Of a stretch of DNA of 64,000 bases, positions 10,346-21,554 are shown piece by piece. The stretch spans positions 96,001-160,000 of the forward strand of contig OZ241907.1 of NCBI GenBank assembly GCA_965203515.1, in the 5' to 3' direction. The stretch comes from Spirochaetia bacterium. GTDB taxonomy: Bacteria > Spirochaetota > Spirochaetia > SZUA-6 > Bin103. The notes under the pieces are model-generated. The model saw only the letters and a program-made list of their open reading frames with translations, did no database searches and was not told where the DNA came from. A program made the position numbers and the translations under genes. Position 1 is the first letter of the stretch; each line of letters opens with the position of its first letter.

Positions 10346-11425
10346 GTGCGCGCCGCGGTAGCGCTGGCCGGCGGCGGCACGGCCGGCCACGTCTATCCCG
10401 GCCTGGAGGTGGCGCGCGTGCTGCGGGAGCGCGGTCTGCGCGTCTTCTGGATCGGCACCCGCGGCGCTCTGGAGACTCGGCTGGTGCGCGCGGCCGGCAT
10501 CGAGTTCCATGCAGTTCCTGCCGGTAAGTTGCGACGATATGCCTCGATGCGCAACATCACCGACATCGGCCGTACCGGGGCGGGCGTGCTGGCGGCGGCG
10601 CGCATCCTGCGCCGTGAAGGTGCCTGCGTCCTGTTCGCCAAAGGCGGCTTCGCCAGCGTGCCGCCGGCGGCGGCAGCAGCGCTGCTCGGCATTCCGGTCG
10701 TCACGCATGAGTCGGACAGCACCGCCGGTCTGGCGACCAGGATCATCTCGCTGGTCGCCCGGCGGGTGCTGCTTTCCTGGCCGGCGGCGGCGGCCGGACT
10801 GCCGCTGCCGGCGCGCGCCCGGCTCACCGGTCTGCCCGTGCGGGCGACGCTGCGCGCCGGGGACCGGCGCCGCGGGCGGGCGATGCTGGGCGCCGGGGAC
10901 GGGACGCGGGTCATGCTGGTACTGGGGGGCAGCCTGGGAGCCGAAACGCTGAATCGCATGGTGCGCGAAGCCAAGGCCGGACTGACCCGTGACTGGATGG
11001 TGGTCCACCAGACCGGCAGCCACCGCGGCGCGCAAGCCGTCGACGAGCGGCGCTATCGGGCGCGGGCCTACTTCGACGACGAGTTCCCCGACCTGCTGGC
11101 AGCGGCGGACCTGGCGGTGAGCCGGGCCGGCGCGACCACCCTGGCGGAGTTCGCCGCGACCGGCACCGCCGCCGTGCTGGTGCCGCTGCCGCGCACCACC
11201 AGCCGCGGCGAGCAGCTCGTCAACGCTCGCCTGGTAGCCGCCGCCGGCGCTGCGCTGGTGCTGCCGCCGGGAGCGCAGACCGGAGCCCGGCTGTTGCGCT
11301 GCGCAAGAACGTTGACCGACGATCGGCTCCGCGCGCGGATGGCCGCGGCGGTCCGGTCCCTGGATCGCCCCCACGCCACCGGCGAAGCGGTGCGGCACAC
11401 GTTGCGCGCGGGACGGCTGGAATGA
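10346..11425 (+). CDS. murG: MurG UDP-GlcNAc:lipid I N-acetylglucosamine transferase
   Basis: GGGTAGHVYPG, KGGFASVP, HESD, GGSLGA, SRAGATT, EQLVNA motifs. GTG start at 10346. Confidence 0.95.
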   Translation: MRAAVALAGGGTAGHVYPGLEVARVLRERGLRVFWIGTRGALETRLVRAAGIEFHAVPAGKLRRYASMRNITDIGRTGAGVLAAARILRREGACVLFAKGGFASVPPAAAAALLGIPVVTHESDSTAGLATRIISLVARRVLLSWPAAAAGLPLPARARLTGLPVRATLRAGDRRRGRAMLGAGDGTRVMLVLGGSLGAETLNRMVREAKAGLTRDWMVVHQTGSHRGAQAVDERRYRARAYFDDEFPDLLAAADLAVSRAGATTLAEFAATGTAAVLVPLPRTTSRGEQLVNARLVAAAGAALVLPPGAQTGARLLRCARTLTDDRLRARMAAAVRSLDRPHATGEAVRHTLRAGRLE

Positions 11426-11461
11426 CGGGATGACCAAGGTGTTTGGGATGGCGGTGACGGA

Positions 11462-12019
11462 ATGACGGAATTCTCGGAAGGTCTGCTCGACCGGGTGCCG
11501 GGAATCGTGGATCGCGTGGCCGTGGTGCTGGAGCAGCTCGGCGCCCTCGACGTGGTGATCATCCTGATCGCCCTGATCCTGACGGTGCGCGCCGGCATCC
11601 GCGGCTTCGTGGCGGAGGCGTTCGGCGTTGCCGCGATCGTCGCCGGTATCGCCGTGGCCGCCGTGCTGGTGGTGCCGGCAAGCGCCTACGTCGACGCCGC
11701 CGTCGGCAGCGACTCGTTCTGGAACCGGATCATCGCCTTCCTGGCGCTCTTCCTGGCGACCTACTTGGCGTTCAAGCTGGTGGAGCACGTCATGCGGGGC
11801 CTGTCGCGCACCCTGCGCCTGCAGCAGCTCGATCACGTCTTCGGGTTGGCGCTCGGCGTCGTCGAAGGGGCGGTCATCGGCGCCGTCATGATCGCCGGCC
11901 TGCACGCCCAGCCGTGGTTCGAGGTCGCCGCGGTCCTGGACGCGAGCGTGGCCGCGCAGATGGCCGAGCAGTACCTGGGGATCGGCCCGCCTGCCGCCGG
12001 GAGCCCGGTCGATGTTTGA
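11462..12019 (+). CDS. cvpA: CvpA family membrane protein
   Basis: LDVVII...GIRGFVAE and LDHVFGLALGVVEG motifs; four TM segments. Confidence 0.85.
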   Translation: MTEFSEGLLDRVPGIVDRVAVVLEQLGALDVVIILIALILTVRAGIRGFVAEAFGVAAIVAGIAVAAVLVVPASAYVDAAVGSDSFWNRIIAFLALFLATYLAFKLVEHVMRGLSRTLRLQQLDHVFGLALGVVEGAVIGAVMIAGLHAQPWFEVAAVLDASVAAQMAEQYLGIGPPAAGSPVDV

Positions 12020-13220
12020 CGACCTCATCGGCCACGCCGTCACCGCCACGCGCCTGCGCGAGGCGGTGCGGGAGGGGTCGCTCGCGCCGGCCGTCCTCTT
12101 CGAGGGGCCGCCGGCGGCCGGCAAGCTGTCCGCCGCCCTGGAGCTGGCCCGCGCGCTGAACTGCAAGGTCGGCGCGCCGTCGGACTGCCGTTGCGCTTCG
12201 TGCGGCAGCCACCGGGCGCTGCTGGACCCGCACGTGTTGCTGCTGGGCGGCCGCGACTTCGCTGCCGGGATCGCCGCCGCGTCGGCAGCGCTCCGTCGGT
12301 CCGACACGCCGGCGTCCCGCGAGCTGTTCGTGCGCTCGGTGCGTACCCTGACCCGCCGATTCGACGACCTGCTCTGGACCGGGTCCGAACCTCGACGGCG
12401 GCGGCTGCGGTCCCGCGTGGCCGACCTGGAGGAGCGGCTGGAACGGTCGCGCACCGCCGGCGCGGCGGCTGCCGCGGCCGAGCTGGCGCGCGCCGCGAAC
12501 CTGGAGGCGGTATCGGTGAACGCGGTGCGCGCCGTCGAGACCTGGGCGCGGGTGGCGACCCCCGGCGTCAAGGTGATCATCGTGGAGGTGCGGCGCTGGC
12601 TGCCGGAGCCGGCATCCAACGCGCTGCTGCGCACGGTCGAAGAGCCGCCCCGGCGCACCCACTTCATCTTTACCGCGCCCTCGTCGCAGGCGCTCATCCC
12701 GACCCTGCTGTCGCGTCTGGCCCGCTATCGGTTCGGCGAGCGGAGTCCGGCCGATCAGCGCCGCGTGATCGCCGAGGTGTTCGGCGACCCGCAGGCCGCC
12801 GCAGTCACGGTAGCCGACTACCTCACCGGCCAGATCACCGGCCGGGAGGCGGCCGCCGCGTCCGCCGGCCGGTCCGCCGCCAGCGCCGGCGCCGGCGCTG
12901 GCGCCGACGATCTGCGGCACGCGGCGGCGCGGTTCTGCGCTACCGTGCTGGCGGGCGGCGGCCCGGATGACGCCGGCTCCGTACCGGCGGCCGACCGCGA
13001 CGCGGGGTTCGCGTTCCTGCATGCATGCTCCGAGCACCTGCGAACCCTGCTCAGGTCTCCCGGGCGCGCCGTCGGGGTGCAGCGCATCGAGCGCTGGTAC
13101 CGCTTTCTCGACGACGCTGCATGGAGGGTGAAGACCATGAACATGAGCGCGGAGGCGACCATCACCGACATCGCGCGCAGCATGGCCGCCGGCGGCGAGC
13201 CGCCGATGAGACGCTGGTGA
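12012..13220 (+). CDS. DNA polymerase III delta'-like clamp-loader subunit
   Basis: MFDDLIGH, LFEGPPAAGK, C..CRCASC zinc motif, SNALLRTVEEPP, LIPTLLSR. Confidence 0.8.
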   Translation: MFDDLIGHAVTATRLREAVREGSLAPAVLFEGPPAAGKLSAALELARALNCKVGAPSDCRCASCGSHRALLDPHVLLLGGRDFAAGIAAASAALRRSDTPASRELFVRSVRTLTRRFDDLLWTGSEPRRRRLRSRVADLEERLERSRTAGAAAAAAELARAANLEAVSVNAVRAVETWARVATPGVKVIIVEVRRWLPEPASNALLRTVEEPPRRTHFIFTAPSSQALIPTLLSRLARYRFGERSPADQRRVIAEVFGDPQAAAVTVADYLTGQITGREAAAASAGRSAASAGAGAGADDLRHAAARFCATVLAGGGPDDAGSVPAADRDAGFAFLHACSEHLRTLLRSPGRAVGVQRIERWYRFLDDAAWRVKTMNMSAEATITDIARSMAAGGEPPMRRW

Positions 13221-14376
13221 GCCGGTTCTATCAGAAGGCGATCGAACGGCTCGATCGCATCGACCCGATGCAGGCCGGCACGCTGCTGCGCGGTCTGGCG
13301 GCGGAAAACGATCTGTTGGCCATGGTGCTGGAGTCGATGACCGACGGCATCATCGTCCTGGACGAAGCGCACGGCGTCCGCCTGGTCAACAAGGCTGCCG
13401 AGCGTCTGCTGCCGTTCGCGGCCGACGAGCTGACCGGCCGCCCGGTCTGGCAGGTGATCGACGACGAACAGGTGGCCGCGTTCCTGCGTGACACGCTCAT
13501 CGGTTCCGACCGGGTTCTGGACGGCGAGTTCACCCTGGAGGGGGCGCATGCCGCGACGCTGGAGATCACCATCGTGCCGCTGGTGCGCGATCGGCATATC
13601 GAGGGCAGCCTGGTGCACGTGGACGACATCACCGAGCGCCGCTCGGAGGAGGCGCGGCTGCGCCGGGCGGAGAGCCTGGCGTCCATGACCACGCTCGCCG
13701 CCGGCGTCGCGCACGAGATACGCAACCCTCTCACCTCGATGAGCATCCATCTGCAGCTCATCCAGCGCGCCCTGCGCGGCAGCGAGACGGTGGCGGCCGA
13801 GATCGACGAGAGCCTGCGCACGATGACGGCGGAGATTCAGCGGCTCAACAAGATCGTGGTCGACTTTCTGTTCGCGGTGCGGCCGATGAACTCGGAGCTG
13901 CGCGAGGGCGACATCAATGACGTGCTGCGCCCCCTGCTGGCGTTCCTGCGCCCGGAGCTGAGCGCGAGCGGCATCGAGGTGGTCGAGAAGCTGGCGGCGC
14001 GGCTGCCGCCGGCACAGATCGACGAACGCCTGCTGCGCGAGGCGCTGCTGAACATCGTCAAGAACGCCCAGGCAGCGATGGCAGCGGGCGGCACGCTGGC
14101 GGTCGGCACCGTCCTGGAGGGCGAGCGCATCCGCATCACCGTGCGGGATACCGGCACCGGCATACCCGACGACATCGCCGACAAGATATTCGAGCCGTAC
14201 TTCACGACTCGGGACTTCGGTTCCGGGCTCGGCCTGACGCTCACCTACAAGATCATCAAGGAGCACGCCGGCGATGTCGAAGTCTCTTCCAAGCCGGGGG
14301 TCGGAACCACCTTGCGCGTCAGCATTCCGGTCTCCCCCCGCGCGCGGCGTATGCTCGAATATCAGGCGGTAGCGGG

Positions 14377-14380
<4 letters not shown>
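13217..14380 (+). CDS. PAS-domain sensor histidine kinase (NtrB/Hk2-like)
   Basis: PAS (LESMTDGIIVLD), H-box AHEIRNPL, N-box, DTGTGI, FEPYFTT, GSGLGL. GTG start at 13217. Confidence 0.93.
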
Positions 14381-15741
<1,361 letters not shown>

Positions 15742-15790
15742 CGCCCGCCGACCCAGACCGCCCGCAGCCCGGCCGCCCTCAGCCCGGCGG

Positions 15791-16198
15791 CTACGAGGCG
15801 CGGGATGCCGCGCGGATACGGTTGAAGGAGGCGTTGAGCTTTGCGGAGATCTCGGTGGCGACCCGCTGCCGTTCGGGATCGTCCGCGTACCGGTCGGGAT
15901 GGTAGGTGCGCATGAGGCGCCGGTACGCCCGCTTGACGGTCTCGAAGTCGGCTCCCGGCTCCAGTTCCAGGTTGCGATAGTCCTGCGCCGCCGCGGTCGA
16001 ACTCGCGTCGGCCCCGGCAGCTCCGCCGGCGGACCCGGAGTCCGCGGACCGGTCACGCGACTCCCCGGTGCGCAGGTACTCCTCGAGCTCCTCCCACGCC
16101 TCCGAATAGAACCGGTCGGTCCGCCGCCGGTCCGGCTCGGCGTCGGGCTTGAGCAGTGTCTTGATGACCCGCTCGACGCGGGCGAAGAACGCGTCCAC
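15791..16198 (-). CDS. J-domain protein (C-terminal DnaJ domain)
   Basis: VKRAYRRLMRTYHPD with the HPD motif. GTG 16198 (MDAFFARV) preferred over TTG 16237. Confidence 0.85.
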   Translation of the reverse strand: MDAFFARVERVIKTLLKPDAEPDRRRTDRFYSEAWEELEEYLRTGESRDRSADSGSAGGAAGADASSTAAAQDYRNLELEPGADFETVKRAYRRLMRTYHPDRYADDPERQRVATEISAKLNASFNRIRAASRAS

Positions 16199-16257
16199 TC
16201 CGGCGGCGATCCTATCCGCGCCCGCGCCGGGGGGCAACGGCGGCGGCCGGCAGCATG

Positions 16258-16287
16258 AAAAAGCCCGCTCCCCCGCAGGGAGCGGGC
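16258..16287 (-). terminator. Rho-independent terminator downstream of groES
   Basis: Perfect 10-bp stem GCCCGCTCCC/GGGAGCGGGC followed by T5 on the minus strand. Confidence 0.85.
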
Positions 16288-16309
16288 CGGTGCGTGCGCA
16301 AGGCGCGCG

Positions 16310-16573
16310 CTAGGCGACGACCGCCAGCACGTCGGCGGCTTTGATGATGAGTTGCTCCTCACCCTCCACCTTGATCGTGGTCCCCGCGTACTTGTCGTAG
16401 ATGATCTTGTCGTCCACCTTGACCTTGATCTCGTCGTCGTCGCCGATCGCCAGCACGACCCCTTCCTGGGTCTTCTCCTGGGCGGTCTGGGGAATGTAGA
16501 TACCGCCCGCGGTCTGCGTCTCCGCGTCGACAGTCGAGACCAGAATTCTGTCGCCGATGGGCTGAATCTTCAT
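16310..16573 (-). CDS. groES: Co-chaperonin GroES (no adjacent groEL)
   Basis: MKIQPIGDRILV...TAGGIYIPQTAQEK...YDKYAGT, with GAGG ribosome-binding site. Confidence 0.96.
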   Translation of the reverse strand: MKIQPIGDRILVSTVDAETQTAGGIYIPQTAQEKTQEGVVLAIGDDDEIKVKVDDKIIYDKYAGTTIKVEGEEQLIIKAADVLAVVA

Positions 16574-16646
16574 TGAGCTTCCTCGCTGTTTGGATGAGAG
16601 TGTAGCGTCGGCCGAAGCCGTTTGACGCTTTGTTTGATTGTCGCTG

Positions 16647-16675
16647 AATATACGGCCGGCCGGCGGGGGCGTCAA
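16647..16675 (-). promoter_or_regulatory. Sigma70-type promoter for groES
   Basis: TTGACG-17 bp-TATATT on the minus strand. Confidence 0.7.
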
Positions 16676-16852
16676 GACCGAACGAGATTCGGAGCGCGCG
16701 GCGCCGAGTCGGGTAAATCTGACCCGGATTGATGCCGATAATGGGGCGTCCGGGTCATTGTGACCCACTGCCATGGCGCCACAGCGCCGGCGATCACGAC
16801 TAAAGTACAGCAACCGTAAAGAGATACCGGCTATGGCCCGGCGTCTCCAAGG

Positions 16853-16868
16853 TGGCACGCATCTTGCT
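16853..16868 (+). promoter_or_regulatory. Sigma54 (-24/-12) promoter
   Basis: TGGCAC-GCATC-TTGCT is an exact match to TGGCAC-N5-TTGCW, 30 bp upstream of the sigma-factor ATG. Confidence 0.85.
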
Positions 16869-16898
16869 ACCTGTCTTTGCAAGAAGGAAGAAGAAGCT

Positions 16899-17744
16899 AT
16901 GGCAAGGGAAACATCCAGCGACGACAGCGTACTCGCGCGGTACCTGCGCGAGATCAACCGCATTCCGCTGCTCACCAGGGAACAGGAGGAGCGCTTGGCC
17001 CGCAAGGCGGCGGCCGGCGACACCGGCGCCAAGGAGGATCTGGCGCGCGCCAACCTCCGGTTCGTGGTCAACGTCGCCAAACGGTATCAGAATCAGGGGC
17101 TGCCGCTTCTGGACCTGATCAGCGAAGGGAACATCGGGCTGCTGCACGCCATCGAACGCTTTGACGTGGAGAAGGGCTACCATTTCATTTCGTACGCCGT
17201 GTGGTGGATCAAGCAGGCGATCCTGAAGGCGGTGTGCGAGCAGTCCCGGCTGATCCGCCTGCCGCTGAACCGCGCCAACGAGTTGGTGCAGATCGACCGT
17301 GCGCGCAAGGAGTTGCAGAGCGAGACCGGCAAGGAGGGCACCGCCGGGCAGGTCGCCCAACGGCTGCAGCTCAAGCCGGAGTTGGTCGAGGAGCTGACCT
17401 TGATCTCCCGCGAGCTGGTCTCGCTCGACGCGCCGATGTACGCCGATTCCGAATCGGCCAACCGGTCGGAGTTCGTGGAGGACCGGAAGGGAGAGGCGTC
17501 GGACGAAAGCGCCCTGATGCGGTCGCTCCGCGAGGACATCGCCACCGTGCTCCGCTCGCTCACCAGCCGCGAGGCGGACATCATCAAGCATCGGTTCGGG
17601 CTTGAGGGGCGCCGTCCGCTCTCCCTGAAGGAGATCGGGCTGCGCTACCATCTGACCAAGGAACGCATCCGCCAGATCGAGAAGAAGGCGCTGCGCCGGC
17701 TGCGCCACCCGTCGCGGGCGCAGTACCTGGAGGCGTACGTATAG
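16899..17744 (+). CDS. RNA polymerase sigma-70 family factor, RpoS-like (no region 1.1)
   Basis: YLREINRIPLLT, ANLRFVVNVAKRY, DLISEGNIGL, YAVWWIKQAI, TKERIRQIE. AAGAAG before ATG 16899. Confidence 0.9.
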   Translation: MARETSSDDSVLARYLREINRIPLLTREQEERLARKAAAGDTGAKEDLARANLRFVVNVAKRYQNQGLPLLDLISEGNIGLLHAIERFDVEKGYHFISYAVWWIKQAILKAVCEQSRLIRLPLNRANELVQIDRARKELQSETGKEGTAGQVAQRLQLKPELVEELTLISRELVSLDAPMYADSESANRSEFVEDRKGEASDESALMRSLREDIATVLRSLTSREADIIKHRFGLEGRRPLSLKEIGLRYHLTKERIRQIEKKALRRLRHPSRAQYLEAYV

Positions 17745-17916
17745 CAGAACGCCGCGGGCGCCGGCCCCACCGGCCCACCCGGCCCATCCCCTCCCCTTGG
17801 ACCGGAAACCGGTGTCCCGGCGCCGGCGGCGCCGTTGGCCGGCCCTTGGGCATTGACAGCGTGCGGCTTGGCCTTTCTCCTACGGGCCAGGACGGTCACA
17901 GGACGGGAGGGCACGC

Positions 17917-20607
17917 ATGGCACAGGACAAGAGCAAGTACGTCTACTTCTTCGGGGACGGTTCGGCCGAGGGGCGCGCCGACATGAAGGAGTTGCTCGGC
18001 GGCAAGGGCGCCAATCTGGCCGAGATGACCAGCCTGGGAATCCCGGTCCCGCCGGGGTTCACCCTTTCCACCGAGGTGTGCGCGGCGTTCTACCGGAATC
18101 GGCGCCGCTACCCGGCGGGGCTCAAGCGGGAGGTCGCGCAGCACCTGCAGCGGCTGGAGAAGCTGATGGGCCGCACGCTCGGCGGTTCCCGCGATCCGCT
18201 GCTGGTGAGCGTCCGCTCCGGGGCGGCGCAGTCGATGCCGGGCATGATGGACACGGTGCTCAATCTGGGGCTCAACGACGACGCCGTGCAGGGACTGGCC
18301 GACCAGTCGGGCAATCCCCGCTTCGCCAAGGACGCCTACCGGCGCTTCATCCAGATGTACGGCGACGTCGTCATGGAGGTGCCGCACGGCGCCTTCGAGC
18401 AGGCGCTCGAAGAGGCCAAGCGGAGCCGCGGCGTGACCGAGGACACCGAACTGGACGAGGCCGATCTCGACCGGGTGATCGCCTCCTACCAGGAGATATA
18501 CTCCCGGCACACCGGCGCCGCGTTCCCGCAGAAGCCGCTCGATCAGCTCTGGGGGGCGATCGACGCGGTGTTCGGCTCCTGGAACAACGACCGCGCCATC
18601 CGCTACCGCCAGTTGAACGACATCCGGGGGCTGCTCGGCACCGCCGTCAACGTGCAGTCGATGGTGTTCGGCAACTCCGGCGACGCTTCCGGGACCGGCG
18701 TGTGCTTCACGCGCGATCCGTCGACCGGCGCCAAGGTCTTCTACGGCGAATACCTGCAGAACGCCCAGGGCGAGGACGTGGTGGCCGGCATCCGCACGCC
18801 CGAACCGCTGGCCGCGCTGCGGCGGCGCGACCTCCGGGCTTACCGGCAGTTGGAGCAGGTGCGCGCGCGGCTGGAGCGCCACTACCGCGACATGCAGGAC
18901 ATGGAGTTCACGATCCAGCACGGCGACCTCTACCTGCTGCAGACCCGGTCCGGCAAGCGCACCGGGGCGGCCGCCGTGAAGATCGCCGTCGACATGGTGC
19001 GCGAAGGGCTGATCACCCGCGAGGAGGCGGTGCAGCGGGTCGAGCCGCAGCACGTCGACCAGCTCCTGCACCCCGGCATCGATCCGCAGCGGCGCGCGGC
19101 GCTGGGCGAGCCGATCGCTACCGGGCTCAACGCCTCTCCCGGCGCGGCCACCGGGCGCGCGGTGTTCACCGCGGCCGACGCTGAGGAGTGGACCGCCCGC
19201 GGGGAGCGCACGCTGCTGGTGCGGCGTGAGACCTCTCCGGAGGACATCGGCGGGATGGACGCCGCCCAGGGCATCCTCACCTCGACCGGGGGCATGACCT
19301 CGCACGCCGCGGTGGTGGCGCGCGGCATGGGAACGCCGTGCGTGGCGGGCTGCAAGGAGCTCGCCATCACCGCCAAGACCGCCAGCGTCGGTTCGGTGCG
19401 GATCGGCGAGGGCGACTGGATGACGATCGACGGCTCCACCGGCGAGGTCTTCCTGGGCGAGGCGCCGCTCACCGAGCCGTCGATCTCCGGTCCGCTGGCG
19501 CGCTTCCTGGCCTGGACCGACGCGGTGCGCAAGCGTGTGCAGCGCGCCGGCCAGCCGCGCGGCTTCGGCGTGCGCACCAACGCCGATCTGCCGCGCGATG
19601 CCCGGACCGCCCGCGAGTTCGGCGCCGAAGGCATCGGCCTGTGCCGTACCGAGCACATGTTCTTCGACGAGGGCAAGCTGGCGATCTTCCAGGAGATGAT
19701 CGTGGCGGAGGACGCCGCGGCGCGGCAGCAGGCGCTCAAGCGCCTGCTGCCGCTGCAGCGGGAGGACTTCCGCGGCATCTTTCGCGCCATGTCCGGCTTT
19801 CCGGTGACGGTCCGCCTGCTCGACCCGCCGCTGCATGAATTCGTGCCCCGCACCGGGCCCGACATGGAGCGGCTGTCGCAGACCACCGGCGTGCCGCTCG
19901 GCCGGTTGCAGGAGCGCATACGCAGCCTGCACGAACAGAACCCCATGCTCGGCCACCGCGGCTGCCGGCTTGGCATCACCTACCCGGAGATCTACGACAT
20001 GCAGGTGCAGGCGATCATGGAGGCGGCGTGCGCGGAGGCGGACGACGGCGTCAAGGTACTGCCGGAGATCATGATTCCGCTGGTCGGCACGGAGGAAGAG
20101 CTGCGCCGCCTGCGCCAGAACGCCGAGGCGGTGGCGCAGCGGGTGGTGTCACGCTCCGGCCGGCGCGTGCGCTACCAGATCGGCACCATGATCGAGATTC
20201 CACGCGCGGCGCTCACCGCGGAGCGGGTCGCCCGGCATGCCGACTTCTTTTCGTTCGGGACCAATGACCTCACGCAGCTCACCTTTGGCTACAGCCGCGA
20301 CGACGCGGGGGTGTTCCTGCCGGAGTACGTCGAGTCGGGCGTCCTGGAGCAGGACCCGTTCCAGGTGATGGACGCCGACGGCGTCGGCGCGCTGGTGCGC
20401 ATCGGCGTGGAGCGCGGCCGCAGCGCCAAACCGGAACTCAAGGTAGGCATCTGCGGCGAGCACGGCGGCGATCCGGCCTCGATCGACTTCTGCCTCCGGC
20501 AGGGCATGAACTACGTGTCGTGCTCGCCGTACCGGGTGCCGATCGCCCGCCTGGCGGTCGCGCAGTCCGCGCTGCGCGCCGGGGTGGCCGCTCCCGCGGC
20601 TACCTGA
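17917..20607 (+). CDS. ppdK: Pyruvate, phosphate dikinase
   Basis: LLGGKGANLAEM, SMPGMMDTVLNLG, GGMTSHAAVVARG, GIGLCRTEHM, GICGEHGGDP. Confidence 0.97.
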   Translation: MAQDKSKYVYFFGDGSAEGRADMKELLGGKGANLAEMTSLGIPVPPGFTLSTEVCAAFYRNRRRYPAGLKREVAQHLQRLEKLMGRTLGGSRDPLLVSVRSGAAQSMPGMMDTVLNLGLNDDAVQGLADQSGNPRFAKDAYRRFIQMYGDVVMEVPHGAFEQALEEAKRSRGVTEDTELDEADLDRVIASYQEIYSRHTGAAFPQKPLDQLWGAIDAVFGSWNNDRAIRYRQLNDIRGLLGTAVNVQSMVFGNSGDASGTGVCFTRDPSTGAKVFYGEYLQNAQGEDVVAGIRTPEPLAALRRRDLRAYRQLEQVRARLERHYRDMQDMEFTIQHGDLYLLQTRSGKRTGAAAVKIAVDMVREGLITREEAVQRVEPQHVDQLLHPGIDPQRRAALGEPIATGLNASPGAATGRAVFTAADAEEWTARGERTLLVRRETSPEDIGGMDAAQGILTSTGGMTSHAAVVARGMGTPCVAGCKELAITAKTASVGSVRIGEGDWMTIDGSTGEVFLGEAPLTEPSISGPLARFLAWTDAVRKRVQRAGQPRGFGVRTNADLPRDARTAREFGAEGIGLCRTEHMFFDEGKLAIFQEMIVAEDAAARQQALKRLLPLQREDFRGIFRAMSGFPVTVRLLDPPLHEFVPRTGPDMERLSQTTGVPLGRLQERIRSLHEQNPMLGHRGCRLGITYPEIYDMQVQAIMEAACAEADDGVKVLPEIMIPLVGTEEELRRLRQNAEAVAQRVVSRSGRRVRYQIGTMIEIPRAALTAERVARHADFFSFGTNDLTQLTFGYSRDDAGVFLPEYVESGVLEQDPFQVMDADGVGALVRIGVERGRSAKPELKVGICGEHGGDPASIDFCLRQGMNYVSCSPYRVPIARLAVAQSALRAGVAAPAAT

Positions 20608-20613
20608 AGTCGG

Positions 20614-21477
20614 CTACCTGAAGGTCGTCCCCTTCATCTCGCGCTGGATCTCGTAGATCGAGCCCGACCGGATCGGCGGCGGCTGCGGCAGGCGCACCGG
20701 CGCGGAGGCCATGCGCACCTCGTTGGAAGCCTCGCCGCGTACGAAGGTGGCGCGGTACTGGTCCCAGTCCATCTGCCCTCCGGCGATCCAGATCGGGTAG
20801 GCGTCGCCCGCGCAGTACATCAGCAGGAGCAGGCGGCGCGACGCCTCCGAGGTGTTGTTCAGCGAGCCGTGCAGCGTGCGCACGTGATGGATGGAGATTC
20901 CGCCGGCGGCGATCTCGATCGGTTCCGCGTCGTCGGGGTCGAACGAGAGATCGGTGACCGCGCCGACGAAGGCGCCGTCCTGGTTGTGATCGAGGACCGG
21001 GCCGCGATGCGATCCCGGAATCGCCAGCAGGCAGCCGTTCTCCTGCGTCATGTCGTCGATGGCGACCCCGACCGCCAGCACGTCGTCGTTGGTGTGCGGA
21101 TAGAACGCCCAGTCCTGATGCCAGTGCACGGGGCTGCCGAACTCGCCCGACTTCATGTTGAGCTTGGTGCCGTGCGTGCGCACCGCGTAGGTGCCGAGCA
21201 GTTGGCTTGCCATCTCGACGATCCCGTCGTCGCGCAGGACCCGGTCGTACGCGTCGTGCACCAGGTGCGGTTCCTTGAGGCGGCGCAGCTTGGGAGCGTC
21301 CGGGGTATGGTCCGGCTCCAGGTCGAAGACGTCGGAATGCTCGGTGACGGTCCGTGACCGCTCGACGAAGTCGTCGGTGACGGCCTGCAGCTCGGCCACC
21401 TGTTCGTCCGGCAGGACCTCTCCCACCGCGATGAAGCCGCGTTCATGGTACTCGTCGATCTGCGCCTGTGTCAGCAT
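20614..21477 (-). CDS. Phytanoyl-CoA dioxygenase (PhyH) family protein
   Basis: WHQDWAFYPHTN, ENGCL..IPGSH, TLHGS..N...RR. AAGGAG before ATG 21477. Confidence 0.9.
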   Translation of the reverse strand: MLTQAQIDEYHERGFIAVGEVLPDEQVAELQAVTDDFVERSRTVTEHSDVFDLEPDHTPDAPKLRRLKEPHLVHDAYDRVLRDDGIVEMASQLLGTYAVRTHGTKLNMKSGEFGSPVHWHQDWAFYPHTNDDVLAVGVAIDDMTQENGCLLAIPGSHRGPVLDHNQDGAFVGAVTDLSFDPDDAEPIEIAAGGISIHHVRTLHGSLNNTSEASRRLLLLMYCAGDAYPIWIAGGQMDWDQYRATFVRGEASNEVRMASAPVRLPQPPPIRSGSIYEIQREMKGTTFR

Positions 21478-21554
21478 GGTCAACTCCTTGCCATCGGGCC
21501 GATGATACCGCAAGCGGCGACGAGGTGGCGAATGGCGGCCGTGCGGCGTATGCG

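Noticed and set aside
9389..12697. 1102-aa minus-strand ORF
   Set aside because: Mostly antisense to murG, cvpA and the holB-like gene. Only the C-terminal ~310 aa appears to be coding.
16580..16645. CIRCE or CtsR operator upstream of groES
   Set aside because: Only a degenerate half-site (CTACACTC) and TCAAA repeats with 12-bp rather than 10-bp period.
17750..17835. GC-rich hairpins between the sigma gene and ppdK
   Set aside because: No U-tract, and such pairing is expected by chance at this GC content.
20599..20625. GCTACCTGAAGTCGGC at the ppdK 3' end resembling the island junction motif (13/16), as a possible att site
   Set aside because: Explained by two converging stop codons and a short local repeat. 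No integrase or matching distal copy.
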